64,000 bases of DNA from positions 29,786 to 93,785 of the forward strand of contig DEXK01000008.1 in the NCBI GenBank assembly GCA_002364085.1, written 5' to 3'. Positions 17,540 through 26,987 of the stretch are shown here, piece by piece. Source of the stretch: Balneolaceae bacterium UBA3186. GTDB taxonomy: Bacteria > Bacteroidota > Rhodothermia > Balneolales > Balneolaceae. The position numbers and the translations under genes are program-made. Positions within the stretch are counted from its first letter, which is position 1; each line of letters starts with the position of its first letter. The notes beneath the pieces were generated by a model that had not been told where the DNA came from, made no database searches, and was given only the letters and a program-made list of their open reading frames with translations.

Positions 17540-20493
17540 CAAAAATTGATTGAAAGTCCAAAGACGATGTGTCTTTGCTGTAAAAAGTTTGCGGGGTTTT
17601 CATAGCTTGGTAAGCCATTATCTGTAGGATCCAAATATCTGGGATCTCTTACACTGTTCGGTACGTCATACGATCTGTCGTCTCTTAGGGCTATAAGTTC
17701 AGCCTGACCGCTTGGGTATTGTTTATAACCTTCACCGGTTACAGGATTAATAACTACTGCACTCTTATTATTCAGAAAGTTTGAAATCTCTAAGAATGTA
17801 GATACTCTGGTATCTCCAATATTAAACCATTTTTGAAGATTGAAATCCATATAAAACCAAGCAGGCCCAACTTGACTGTATCTCTTCGCAGGGTCGTCAA
17901 TCTGCTCATAAATCGGTCTCCAGTTTTCTTCTCCTGTAATAGGATTTCTTTCCGTACCAACTCTTTCAAATGGTGTATACCGAGCGCCGCTTCTCCATAC
18001 TCCGGATACGAATAACTGGAAGTTATTTAAAACTGGACTGTCAAAAATTCCGTTTTCTCTAGCATGAGTAAATGTAATGTTCCCTTTTATATCAAAAGGA
18101 CGATCCCAAGCTAATGGAGTTTCAATATTATTACCAACATTCTGACTACCTGATATGCTGTTTAAATTATCATCATTTGTAGAACTCAATCCTTCAGCCC
18201 TGCTGTATGTTACCGAAAGTTGACCTCTCAATAAATCTCTGTATCTCTTTAAATATGAAACCTCAACTCCACGAGACCTCGCATAATCCCCATTAATCCT
18301 GAATGCTTTTGTAACCGGTCTTCCATCTATATCATTAACTCTAATGCTCTGAGAAGTCACAAAATCATATTTATCTCTCCAAAAAGCAGAGATATTTAAC
18401 GCATCGTTAGAAGTTATTTGATTCCGCAGGCCAATTTCATAAGAGATATCCACTTCTCTGTTCAAGTTTGGATTACCTAAATTTGGCAAATCTGACTGAT
18501 CCTGAAAGAACGGATCAAGACCTGCATATACAAAACTCGGATGTGGAATTCTCGCTGAATGCCCATAGTTAAAGAACAGCACCTGATTTTCTCTTACCGG
18601 AAATGATACATTTATCTTAGGCAGAAAAATAAATTTATACCTTAGCCCCAATATCTCTTTACTGTCTTCTTGATATTGTTCTGCAACAAACTCTGGTATA
18701 GTTGAGAAAACATCAGAATTCAATGCTTCTTCTACACGCTCATCTACATATTTACCAGGAGCCCAATATTCAAAACGACCACCAATATTTGCGATCAAGC
18801 CATTATATCGAATCTTATTGGTTGCGAATATAGCTCCTCGTTTTGGTTTTACTCTCCAAGCATCAAAATTTTCTCCAACACGAAAAGTTTCCGAAACCGT
18901 ATTTTCATCAATTCTGATAGGAGCGCCAATCCAAGGTCTGGTAATGTCAATCCATTGATAGTCATTGAACTTTGATTCGAACCCAACTACTATTTGGTTT
19001 TGTTGCCCTCCAAATAACTTGGTATAACTGGAACGTAAAGTTATTTCTTCAGCGAAATGATCGTGCCATAAAGTTGCTACCCCACCATTATTAAAATACC
19101 CGGGACCAGCTAAGATATAAGTAAAATCGTCGGTGCCTTCAAACTCATTTCCCGGATAAGTAACTATACTTTCAGGATCGAATTCTCCATCAACAATATC
19201 CGGCCTCCAATCCCTTCCATTTGCATCCGCCCTTAATTGTGTAAATAATCTACTTACTTGCACTTCATAAAAAGATGAAGTTGATAAGGTTTGAGTCCAC
19301 TTTAGATAGGAAAGGTTAGAATCATGCGTGTAAGTATTCGCATTATCCAAAAAGCCGTTTGAGAATGCAAATTGGAACCCTGGTTGTACCTGAGTATCTG
19401 CTCCTGTAATTTGAAGCATTCTCGTATTTTGATTAATTGTAAGGGAACGTTGATAAGCTGCTTGGAACCTCATTCCAGGCTTTATATTATAAGTAAGCTT
19501 CATCATGCCGTTCCAACGATTTCCTTGTCTTGGAGACCAGAAGTCAGACCCGGAAATAGAAGACTGTATTTGATTCGCCGAAAGCTTGGTATAGCCATCT
19601 TCAAAGGCAACTTGCGCTGTTGCATAAAAAGAGATCTTCCCTGGAATATCCAGCCCTAATTTTGGCAAGATCTTTTCAGCGAGCACCCCAGGTCCACCAA
19701 TACTGAATTCATATATATCCTGGAAGTAATTAGCCTGATTATCCATTACGTTAGAGCCAAAATTATCACGCTTGTGAGAAAAACTTCCCTCGTAAGTATC
19801 TCCGCCATTTCTTGTTTTCACAGAAACAACTCCTGAGGTAACATCACCATACTCAGCGCCAACTCCACCTGTAATTACTTCAATATTACTGAATGAATTT
19901 GCTCCAAGATCCAGTCCAAAACCAGTTCCTGCAAGTGGATCCTGAGCAGAAACTCCATCCACTACATAACCCGTTTCATAAGCTCGACCACCTTTTATAT
20001 ATAAGCCGGTAGGATCTTTAATTACTCCTGATTGTAATGAAACTGCATCTTCAACTTTTCTCACTGGTGCAGCTTCAATATCTTTTCTTGAAATGGTCGC
20101 AGAGGTAGTTGATTTCTCTACATCAAAAATAGGACGTTCTCCGATTACAACAATTTCTTCTCCTGAAGTTAAAACTTTAGGCTTTAGTTTATAATCGAGC
20201 TCTGTAAATTCTCCGGCTTCGACTTTGATAGCCGTTAAAAGTACTGTCTCGAATCCGATGTATGTGATTCTTACAGAATATTCGCCCGGACGAATCTTAT
20301 CAATTTCATAATCACCATCAATACCAGTAGCTGTACCAAAGCTAGTTCCTGTAATAAGTACCGTTGCACCAATTAAGGTTTCACCTGTTTCGGCATCAGT
20401 GATAACACCTTTGATTCCCCCTGTTTGTGCAAAAACAGCAGAGCCAGTGAATAATAAAAATAAGGCTATCAGTATGCTTTTTAATCTTTTCAT
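17539..20493 (-). CDS. TonB-dependent receptor with N-terminal carboxypeptidase-regulatory-like domain
   Basis: Signal peptide, IKGVITDAETGETLIGATV, plug LYIKGGRAYETGYVVDGV, NPNLNREVDISYEIG, terminal RHIVFGLSINF. Confidence 0.93.
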   Translation of the reverse strand: MKRLKSILIALFLLFTGSAVFAQTGGIKGVITDAETGETLIGATVLITGTSFGTATGIDGDYEIDKIRPGEYSVRITYIGFETVLLTAIKVEAGEFTELDYKLKPKVLTSGEEIVVIGERPIFDVEKSTTSATISRKDIEAAPVRKVEDAVSLQSGVIKDPTGLYIKGGRAYETGYVVDGVSAQDPLAGTGFGLDLGANSFSNIEVITGGVGAEYGDVTSGVVSVKTRNGGDTYEGSFSHKRDNFGSNVMDNQANYFQDIYEFSIGGPGVLAEKILPKLGLDIPGKISFYATAQVAFEDGYTKLSANQIQSSISGSDFWSPRQGNRWNGMMKLTYNIKPGMRFQAAYQRSLTINQNTRMLQITGADTQVQPGFQFAFSNGFLDNANTYTHDSNLSYLKWTQTLSTSSFYEVQVSRLFTQLRADANGRDWRPDIVDGEFDPESIVTYPGNEFEGTDDFTYILAGPGYFNNGGVATLWHDHFAEEITLRSSYTKLFGGQQNQIVVGFESKFNDYQWIDITRPWIGAPIRIDENTVSETFRVGENFDAWRVKPKRGAIFATNKIRYNGLIANIGGRFEYWAPGKYVDERVEEALNSDVFSTIPEFVAEQYQEDSKEILGLRYKFIFLPKINVSFPVRENQVLFFNYGHSARIPHPSFVYAGLDPFFQDQSDLPNLGNPNLNREVDISYEIGLRNQITSNDALNISAFWRDKYDFVTSQSIRVNDIDGRPVTKAFRINGDYARSRGVEVSYLKRYRDLLRGQLSVTYSRAEGLSSTNDDNLNSISGSQNVGNNIETPLAWDRPFDIKGNITFTHARENGIFDSPVLNNFQLFVSGVWRSGARYTPFERVGTERNPITGEENWRPIYEQIDDPAKRYSQVGPAWFYMDFNLQKWFNIGDTRVSTFLEISNFLNNKSAVVINPVTGEGYKQYPSGQAELIALRDDRSYDVPNSVRDPRYLDPTDNGLPSYENPANFLQQRHIVFGLSINF

Positions 20494-20497
20494 AATT

Positions 20498-22006
20498 CTA
20501 TTGTTTGAAGCCTAAACGTTCGATCACGATCTCATTGATCAGGTTTTCCAGATTATTATTACCATCAAGTATGGTAATATCTAAACTGAAATAGATCAGA
20601 TTAGATTCTGCATTTTCTATTGCTACTCCTTTGTAGCCAAAATAAGGAGCCTGACTACTATTTGGTCTTCTTCTTCTGAATTGAGCAGCATAAAGCTCAG
20701 TACTCCCACTTACACCTTTTATTGGTCTTTCATTAGTTAAGGCAAAAGATCCTGAATTTACTTTAAGTGTTTCTGATAAAGATACTTCCGTTGGAACTAC
20801 TAAGGAATCTTCGAATAAATAAAACTGACCTGTTGCAATTGAATCTACAGGAAGGAAACTAAACACAGGATCTTCACGACTTATACTTTTCATAGGAATA
20901 TTTACGAATGCCGTTCCGTTATTATCGAAGAACTCATCCAGAATTTCCTGTGCATAAGTTATATTTCTATCTATGTCATCTGATATCCAATAAATATGAT
21001 CCCATTTAGATAGTGTTTTTATCAAAGTAGGATCAATAACTGTTGGAAACGCTTCTGATAGCGCAACTTTATCCTGTTCAACTTGTCCATCATTAATAAT
21101 CCAAACATCAGGGTTAATTCCCTGAGACTGTAAAAGAGCCAAATGTTCGTTTTGCTTATTTAATGAACTAGGACCTCCAATATCATTTAAAAAAAGTGTA
21201 TTAGATGTTTGCTCTTTGATATACCATGAAAGCGAATCCACTTCACTTACTGATTCTGCCGCATCCACAGCTCTTACATAAAATGTATTTCTGGCTCCTA
21301 CTTCTACCGGTATTGTAAGTATTTCACCACCGATCTGAATGGTTGAATAGCGTTTCCCCAGAAAAACTTGAGCATCTTTTTGCCCTGAACTAGAATTATC
21401 TACTTCCAATGATATAAATAGCTGGCCGTCATCATCTTCAGTAAACGGAATTTCTACCCATCCGTTTACAGTGTCATTTACCGCAACCTCAGTTCTAACA
21501 ATATTAAGCAAACCATCTGGATCACTGAAATTCCATCCAAAACTTGATACTGAAAATAAAGTATCCGGAGGAGATTGATTTGAGTTTATACTAACCTCAG
21601 GGTCTGAATTTACAACGGGATAAATAAGAGATGCGCCTACAGGATCTGCCAAGCCCTTATCATCTACTGCTCTTACTTTGAAAAGCACATCATCAGTCTG
21701 CTGCCCTGGTGTGATCGGAAGAATAAAAACGCTATCTGTCTTAGTTGTAAAAGAGAAATTTCCTTCAGATGTATCATTTATAGCATACTCAAACCCTGAA
21801 ATAAACCCATCAGGATCGCTACCAAACCAAGAAATTTGAATTTGGCTGGACAAACGAAAATCGTTTCCACGATTTATCCTTTCTACAGTCAAATTTGTTG
21901 TAGGTGGTTGGTTTTCTGAGAATTCTCCGCTAATTGTTTCTTTGCATCCATTCCAAAAAATGAACGTCCAGAATATAAGAAGTAGTAAAAGGGTGTATTT
22001 TTTCAA
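20498..22006 (-). CDS. Hypothetical lipoprotein with FN3/Ig-like N-terminal segments
   Basis: TTG start; lipobox WNGC; NQPPTT, ISWFGSDPDGFISGFEY and FYVRAVD segments; no SusD/RagB motifs recognised. Confidence 0.75.
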   Translation of the reverse strand: MKKYTLLLLLIFWTFIFWNGCKETISGEFSENQPPTTNLTVERINRGNDFRLSSQIQISWFGSDPDGFISGFEYAINDTSEGNFSFTTKTDSVFILPITPGQQTDDVLFKVRAVDDKGLADPVGASLIYPVVNSDPEVSINSNQSPPDTLFSVSSFGWNFSDPDGLLNIVRTEVAVNDTVNGWVEIPFTEDDDGQLFISLEVDNSSSGQKDAQVFLGKRYSTIQIGGEILTIPVEVGARNTFYVRAVDAAESVSEVDSLSWYIKEQTSNTLFLNDIGGPSSLNKQNEHLALLQSQGINPDVWIINDGQVEQDKVALSEAFPTVIDPTLIKTLSKWDHIYWISDDIDRNITYAQEILDEFFDNNGTAFVNIPMKSISREDPVFSFLPVDSIATGQFYLFEDSLVVPTEVSLSETLKVNSGSFALTNERPIKGVSGSTELYAAQFRRRRPNSSQAPYFGYKGVAIENAESNLIYFSLDITILDGNNNLENLINEIVIERLGFKQ

Positions 22007-22020
22007 GAGACAAATTATTA

Positions 22021-22058
22021 AAAAAGAAAGGAGCCACCTATATAATTAAGGTGGCTCC
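22021..22058 (-). terminator. Intra-operonic terminator/stabilising hairpin after the 901-aa gene
   Basis: GGAGCCACCT/AGGTGGCTCC perfect 10-bp stem; followed on the minus strand by TTTCTTTTT. Confidence 0.85.
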
Positions 22059-22070
22059 ATTTCAATATGT

Positions 22071-24776
22071 TTATTTAATCAATAGCATTTTTTTGGTGCT
22101 AGTGAATGAACCGGCTTGGATTCGGTAAATATACATTCCACTTGATAGGTTACTTGCATCAAATGGTACGATATGGAATCCTGAGTTCATTTTTTCATTG
22201 ATCAATGTGCTCACTTTTTGACCCAGCATGTTATATATAGTAAGTGTTACATCAGCCGTTTTAGGCAATGCAAACTTAATATTTGTTGTTGGGTTGAATG
22301 GGTTCGGGTAATTTTGCTCTAGGGCAAATTTATCCGGGGTTCCCGCTTCGAAATCATTCGAAGTGATCACTGCTCTTTCAATAGTAATGTGTCTGTAGAT
22401 TGGCTCCCAATCATCTCCGAAGTTGCCATAAGAACCACGAACACCTAAAGTATCAGAACCGTCAGTAGCTCTTACATGCCACACGAATGAACCTGATTGA
22501 CCAACGTCAACACCTTGCTCTGCAAGGAATTCATTAACATCTACTGTACTTGCCAGCAAAGAAGTTGCAGTTCCTTCACTATCAGACATAGAGCTTACAA
22601 GAACTTGTGTAGTATCTTCACTTAGAAGTCTCCATTCGTAAGTAACATCGTCTCCATCAAAATCAACACTACCATTCCAGGTAAAAGTGAAATCTTGATC
22701 AGCAACAATGCTTGCGCTATCAGCAGGACCTGTTAATGAAAAATCAAGAACCGGAGTAAAAGAATTACCGTCAGCTGCAATTATATCACTAGCATTTCTT
22801 GGGTGAAATTTTGGAGCTCCAAAAGATGCTGCAACAATTGCATATGCATCAAATGTTTTGCCTTCTCTAACAGTGTGGTTGTAATCATAGTTTACATTTG
22901 GCACACCAATTTGAGAATCTGAGCGAATGTCTTCATTGAAGCGAACACCGTCCGATGAATCTGCAGTTATATTCTGAAGTTCATACTCACCGAATGCTCC
23001 ACGATCAACAAGTTCAACATCTTCAAACTTAACAACCATGCCTTCATAGTTCTCAAGCTCACCACCGTTTTGCAATGCTTGAACAGTGTCAGTTGAAATT
23101 ACCGGAATTACTTGCTCCGTGTCGTTTCCTGATGAATTAACAGTAAACTCAAGGTTTACGATTTGAGTTAAAGTAAGCGAGTTACTTGCTACAGATGCTT
23201 CTGCAACTTCCAAAGAAGTTACTGTAATAGAATCTCCCCTAACAAGCGCTTCAGTAGCTGATGTTTTTTCTAAGAAAACACCACTCCAAGCAGCTGCTGC
23301 TTCCTGAAGAACGATTACACCATCTGAGTTGTCTGAAACAATAATACCTGAAATATTAACAGGAACCTGACCTGCACCTGCTAATGGGCTTGCTCCAGCT
23401 TTACCGTCTGCAGTAGCTTGAATAATAGCAATAGAGTTTATTGCTTCATCCTGAACGAAGAAGCCATAGCTTCCTGAAATAGGATCTCTACCTGTTAAAC
23501 CTTCACTGTCAGTAGCTTCAACATAAAATGAAACCGGTGTAAAGTTGTCAAAAGTAGGAAGTGTAGCTGAATAAGTACTTCCAGAAGTATTTGTCATAGT
23601 CAAAGTGTCTGAAACAGAACCTGCTGAGTAGACTAAAGAAGCCGTAGAAATAGTCGCAGAACCATCAGCTACAATATCAACAGTTACTGTTACTGCATCA
23701 GAAGAAGTTACAGCGGAATCAGACTGTGAAATGTTGCTAAATACAGGAGGTAATCCAACAACTTCAATGTCGTTTGGCCATTCATGAACTGCACCATTAC
23801 AGGTTTCTCCATCCACACAACGGATGTATGTACCTGCGTTGTTCACATCTTCTTGCCATTCTACACCATCTTCAAATGGATTTAAACCAAATACGTTTTG
23901 GTCAGCTGCAATTGTTCCATCAGGATCATCGCCGTTTACTGTTAAGAAACCACTTACGTTTACAATAGCTCCAGGAACAGGTGGAACAAATGCGCCATCT
24001 TCAGTACCAAGCTCACTATTTAATCTTCTATAATTGAATTCAGGAAGATAACCAGCAGTTCTGTCATTTCTGGTTCTTAAAGAAGTATCATAAGCATAAA
24101 TTCTGGTACCGCTTTGGTTAATAGCCCAGTTTGGTCTGTCGCCAGTAGAAACATTGCTAACACTACCATTAGTGATCTTAACGTATGCTCCATTGTATTT
24201 TCCATAATTTTCAATATTGATCTGATAAGTACCATCACTATTAGCTGTATTCAGATCGGTAAGCGGCACTTCCCAAGGATCTAATAAAGAAGCGTATTCA
24301 GGGAAATTCAGGTTTACACTTCCTTTAAATTCCGGTGTTTGATCCACAGACATTTGAGCTGTTGCATTAAAGAAAGTAAGCCTTCCTGTAAATGTTACAA
24401 CATCTCCTCTGTTTAATCCTGAAAGTAGCCCAAAATCAGATTCAACAATCTGAATAGACATACCATCTCTCCCTTGAGTAACAGCAGCTGTATCCGTAAT
24501 AAATACGTGAATCCTACTTATATCATCAATAACTCCATCGTTATCGGTATCACTTGGTGTGGCTAAACCTGAACTTCTTGGGTTAGAAACTACTACACCA
24601 GTATATACTACAGTTTGTCCATTTAATGGATGACTCTGTATTGCATTAACAGAATACTCTGTTAACGGCGTTGGGTATGTGTTAAGATCTTTTACAGAAA
24701 CTGTATCTTGTGCTTGCACAAACATTGGCAAAACTACTAACATAGTAACTGCAAAAAATTGTATCAATTTTCTCAT
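22071..24776 (-). CDS. T9SS type A sorting domain protein containing tandem OB-fold-like modules
   Basis: Signal peptide; C-terminal FALEQNYPNPFNPTTNIKF...SSGMYIYRI...TKKMLLIK; two repeats of the pattern V..TGVV / L.RGD.VT.T / YEG..VK....V seen in ExeM/YhcR-type OB folds. Confidence 0.88.
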   Translation of the reverse strand: MRKLIQFFAVTMLVVLPMFVQAQDTVSVKDLNTYPTPLTEYSVNAIQSHPLNGQTVVYTGVVVSNPRSSGLATPSDTDNDGVIDDISRIHVFITDTAAVTQGRDGMSIQIVESDFGLLSGLNRGDVVTFTGRLTFFNATAQMSVDQTPEFKGSVNLNFPEYASLLDPWEVPLTDLNTANSDGTYQINIENYGKYNGAYVKITNGSVSNVSTGDRPNWAINQSGTRIYAYDTSLRTRNDRTAGYLPEFNYRRLNSELGTEDGAFVPPVPGAIVNVSGFLTVNGDDPDGTIAADQNVFGLNPFEDGVEWQEDVNNAGTYIRCVDGETCNGAVHEWPNDIEVVGLPPVFSNISQSDSAVTSSDAVTVTVDIVADGSATISTASLVYSAGSVSDTLTMTNTSGSTYSATLPTFDNFTPVSFYVEATDSEGLTGRDPISGSYGFFVQDEAINSIAIIQATADGKAGASPLAGAGQVPVNISGIIVSDNSDGVIVLQEAAAAWSGVFLEKTSATEALVRGDSITVTSLEVAEASVASNSLTLTQIVNLEFTVNSSGNDTEQVIPVISTDTVQALQNGGELENYEGMVVKFEDVELVDRGAFGEYELQNITADSSDGVRFNEDIRSDSQIGVPNVNYDYNHTVREGKTFDAYAIVAASFGAPKFHPRNASDIIAADGNSFTPVLDFSLTGPADSASIVADQDFTFTWNGSVDFDGDDVTYEWRLLSEDTTQVLVSSMSDSEGTATSLLASTVDVNEFLAEQGVDVGQSGSFVWHVRATDGSDTLGVRGSYGNFGDDWEPIYRHITIERAVITSNDFEAGTPDKFALEQNYPNPFNPTTNIKFALPKTADVTLTIYNMLGQKVSTLINEKMNSGFHIVPFDASNLSSGMYIYRIQAGSFTSTKKMLLIK

Positions 24777-24784
24777 AGTAAGTA

Positions 24785-26887
24785 TTATTTGATTATTGTA
24801 AGTTTTCCTTTTTCTATTTGTCCTGTATTTAAATCTTTAACGGTAAATAGATATAAACCCGTCGTTAAGATCTGATTAGCTTCGCTCTGTAAATCCCAGG
24901 CATGCTCACCACCGGGAAGCACTCTGGGGTCGTCACTAAAATCATCAAACCAAGAGATATCTCCGGAATATGTTTCAGAATCATGCTCAAGCTCTGCTAT
25001 AATATCTCCTGCAATAGTATAAATTCTGATTTCGGCTTTCGAAGGCAGGTTATAAAAATATAGTTTTCGATCGCCCTCATTCGGCCCATCCCAAGCAGCG
25101 TTTACTTTATATGGATTAGGATAAACACCTACTTCAAATCCATCATCACCAAAGTTAGTATTGGTTGGTGTGCCAGGGAAAACACGAACTGCGTTAGCAT
25201 TGGTACTGGTTTCCAGGCTTTCAACTCCAAACTCAGCATCTCCTCTGTCAAAAGCTGTTACAGAAACCTGATATTGCCAACCACTCAATAAATTTGATAA
25301 GTCATATTTGTAATAATATTCCACTGTATCGCCTTCAAATGTAACAGGTTCGTTAAGCTCCACTTCATTGAATCCAACATCAAAGCCAATATTATTATTT
25401 GGCTTGTCAAACTCTCTAATCAATCTGGAATTTGGATTTATATCCTGCCCAAGATCCGAGCTGTACACACGATAGCCTTCAAAATCCATCTCTCCGGATA
25501 CTCTGTCTACAGATTCTTCCGCTGTTTTATCCCAATAAATAGAAACTTTTCCAGCTTCTAAAACAATTTTTGTTTTGGGATTATCAGGCGGAGTTGGAAA
25601 TAAGTACCGTGTTAATTCCCCGTTTCCATCTGTATCTTCACCAGGGTCAAGTACACCATTTTTGTTTTTATCTTCTCCTCTGAAAACACTGTTGGCTGAG
25701 TTTATTGTACTCACCATATTTACTCTGGAATCTTCATTATCAACAGACTTACCGGGCTGCCCTTGAAATTGATCAGGCTTCAAAGCAGCACTAAATACAA
25801 AGTAAACAGTTATTGTTTCTCCCGGTTCTACTTGAGGAAAAGGTCCCATCGAAATAAATGAAATATAATTCCCATTACCGCTTTGACCGTCTTCTCTAAG
25901 ATTTTGCTCGTTATCTTTATAAGGAAATTGTTGAGCCATTCTATCATAACGATCATTATCATTGGCAGGTGCAGTAAAAGCCCCAGCTCCGGCACTAAAC
26001 AACCAATAACTTGGACCCAGATCAGGCACATTAAAACCTGTTTCGGTAAACTTTCCATCCAGTGTATCCGGATTATCAGGGTGGAAGAAAGAGTTTCTAT
26101 ATTCTGCACCAATAATTGAAACGGCACCGTAGGTATTTATACTTGGATCATCTGGTGAACCTGCATCAAAAGCATACATGGTATTCAGTGAATCCATAAA
26201 ACCTACACCATTCTTATTAAAAAATGCCCCTCCGGTTTCAGTAGCACTATTTACATTTCGAACTACCAAATCGGCATACATCCCAACATACACACTATCC
26301 CAAGTTTCCGGAAGTGCATGTAAATCACTGTTGTTGGTGATATCGTATTTCAGAATTGTAAAATTTTCAGTAAATGGGAAGCCCCAATTGTAGCTTTCTA
26401 ATTTAACATCTGTATAAAGCGGGTTGTCATGACCTTGTATTTCAGTCCCGTTAACACTTCTTCTTCGATCAGTAAAAGCTGTTAAAATATCTTTTTCACT
26501 TATTGCTGACACAGAAAAGAATTCATTATTTGGATCAGTACTTCTTCGGGTTATTATTGTCTCTGATGTAAATTCGAAACCCCTTGCCCCTCTGGCATAA
26601 CCTGATGGATTAGTGACTGAAGATGAAGATAATCTGATCTGACCTCCCACATCAGCTCCGATCCATATACCAGCCTCAAACAAGTGCTCGGTTCCTGTAG
26701 ATTTTGGAAAGCGCATACTTGAGCCGCTTTCGGGGTTATTCCGAACATCAGGCTTCCCTAAAGTTCCAAAGTTAGTAATGGATAAACCTATAATTCCGGC
26801 ATCTGTTTCTGCTCTTTCAAATGGAACTTGTGCTTGCGCACTAAACGGAACTACTAATAAAATCAGGAGTAGGATTAACTTCTTCAA
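24785..26887 (-). CDS. Secreted hypothetical protein with Ca-binding loop, FN3-like domain and atypical T9SS-like C-terminal domain
   Basis: TTG start; signal peptide; EDKNKNGVLDPGEDTDGNG; DFEGYRVY...YQVSVTAFD; C-terminal VGVYPNPY...TGLYLFTV...GKLTIIK. Confidence 0.75.
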   Translation of the reverse strand: MKKLILLLILLVVPFSAQAQVPFERAETDAGIIGLSITNFGTLGKPDVRNNPESGSSMRFPKSTGTEHLFEAGIWIGADVGGQIRLSSSSVTNPSGYARGARGFEFTSETIITRRSTDPNNEFFSVSAISEKDILTAFTDRRRSVNGTEIQGHDNPLYTDVKLESYNWGFPFTENFTILKYDITNNSDLHALPETWDSVYVGMYADLVVRNVNSATETGGAFFNKNGVGFMDSLNTMYAFDAGSPDDPSINTYGAVSIIGAEYRNSFFHPDNPDTLDGKFTETGFNVPDLGPSYWLFSAGAGAFTAPANDNDRYDRMAQQFPYKDNEQNLREDGQSGNGNYISFISMGPFPQVEPGETITVYFVFSAALKPDQFQGQPGKSVDNEDSRVNMVSTINSANSVFRGEDKNKNGVLDPGEDTDGNGELTRYLFPTPPDNPKTKIVLEAGKVSIYWDKTAEESVDRVSGEMDFEGYRVYSSDLGQDINPNSRLIREFDKPNNNIGFDVGFNEVELNEPVTFEGDTVEYYYKYDLSNLLSGWQYQVSVTAFDRGDAEFGVESLETSTNANAVRVFPGTPTNTNFGDDGFEVGVYPNPYKVNAAWDGPNEGDRKLYFYNLPSKAEIRIYTIAGDIIAELEHDSETYSGDISWFDDFSDDPRVLPGGEHAWDLQSEANQILTTGLYLFTVKDLNTGQIEKGKLTIIK

Positions 26888-26932
26888 ATAACGATAAATT
26901 GCTAACGATTATAATGAGCACAATGATAAGAA

Positions 26933-26959
26933 AATTCTAACTTAATCGAAGTTAGAATT
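26933..26959. promoter_or_regulatory. Perfect 11-5-11 inverted repeat upstream of the TBDR/PorV operon (operator or weak terminator)
   Basis: AATTCTAACTT-AATCG-AAGTTAGAATT, 45 nt before the TTG at 26887. Confidence 0.5.
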
Positions 26960-26987
26960 CAATGTTTTACAGTTTAGTAACATGTGC

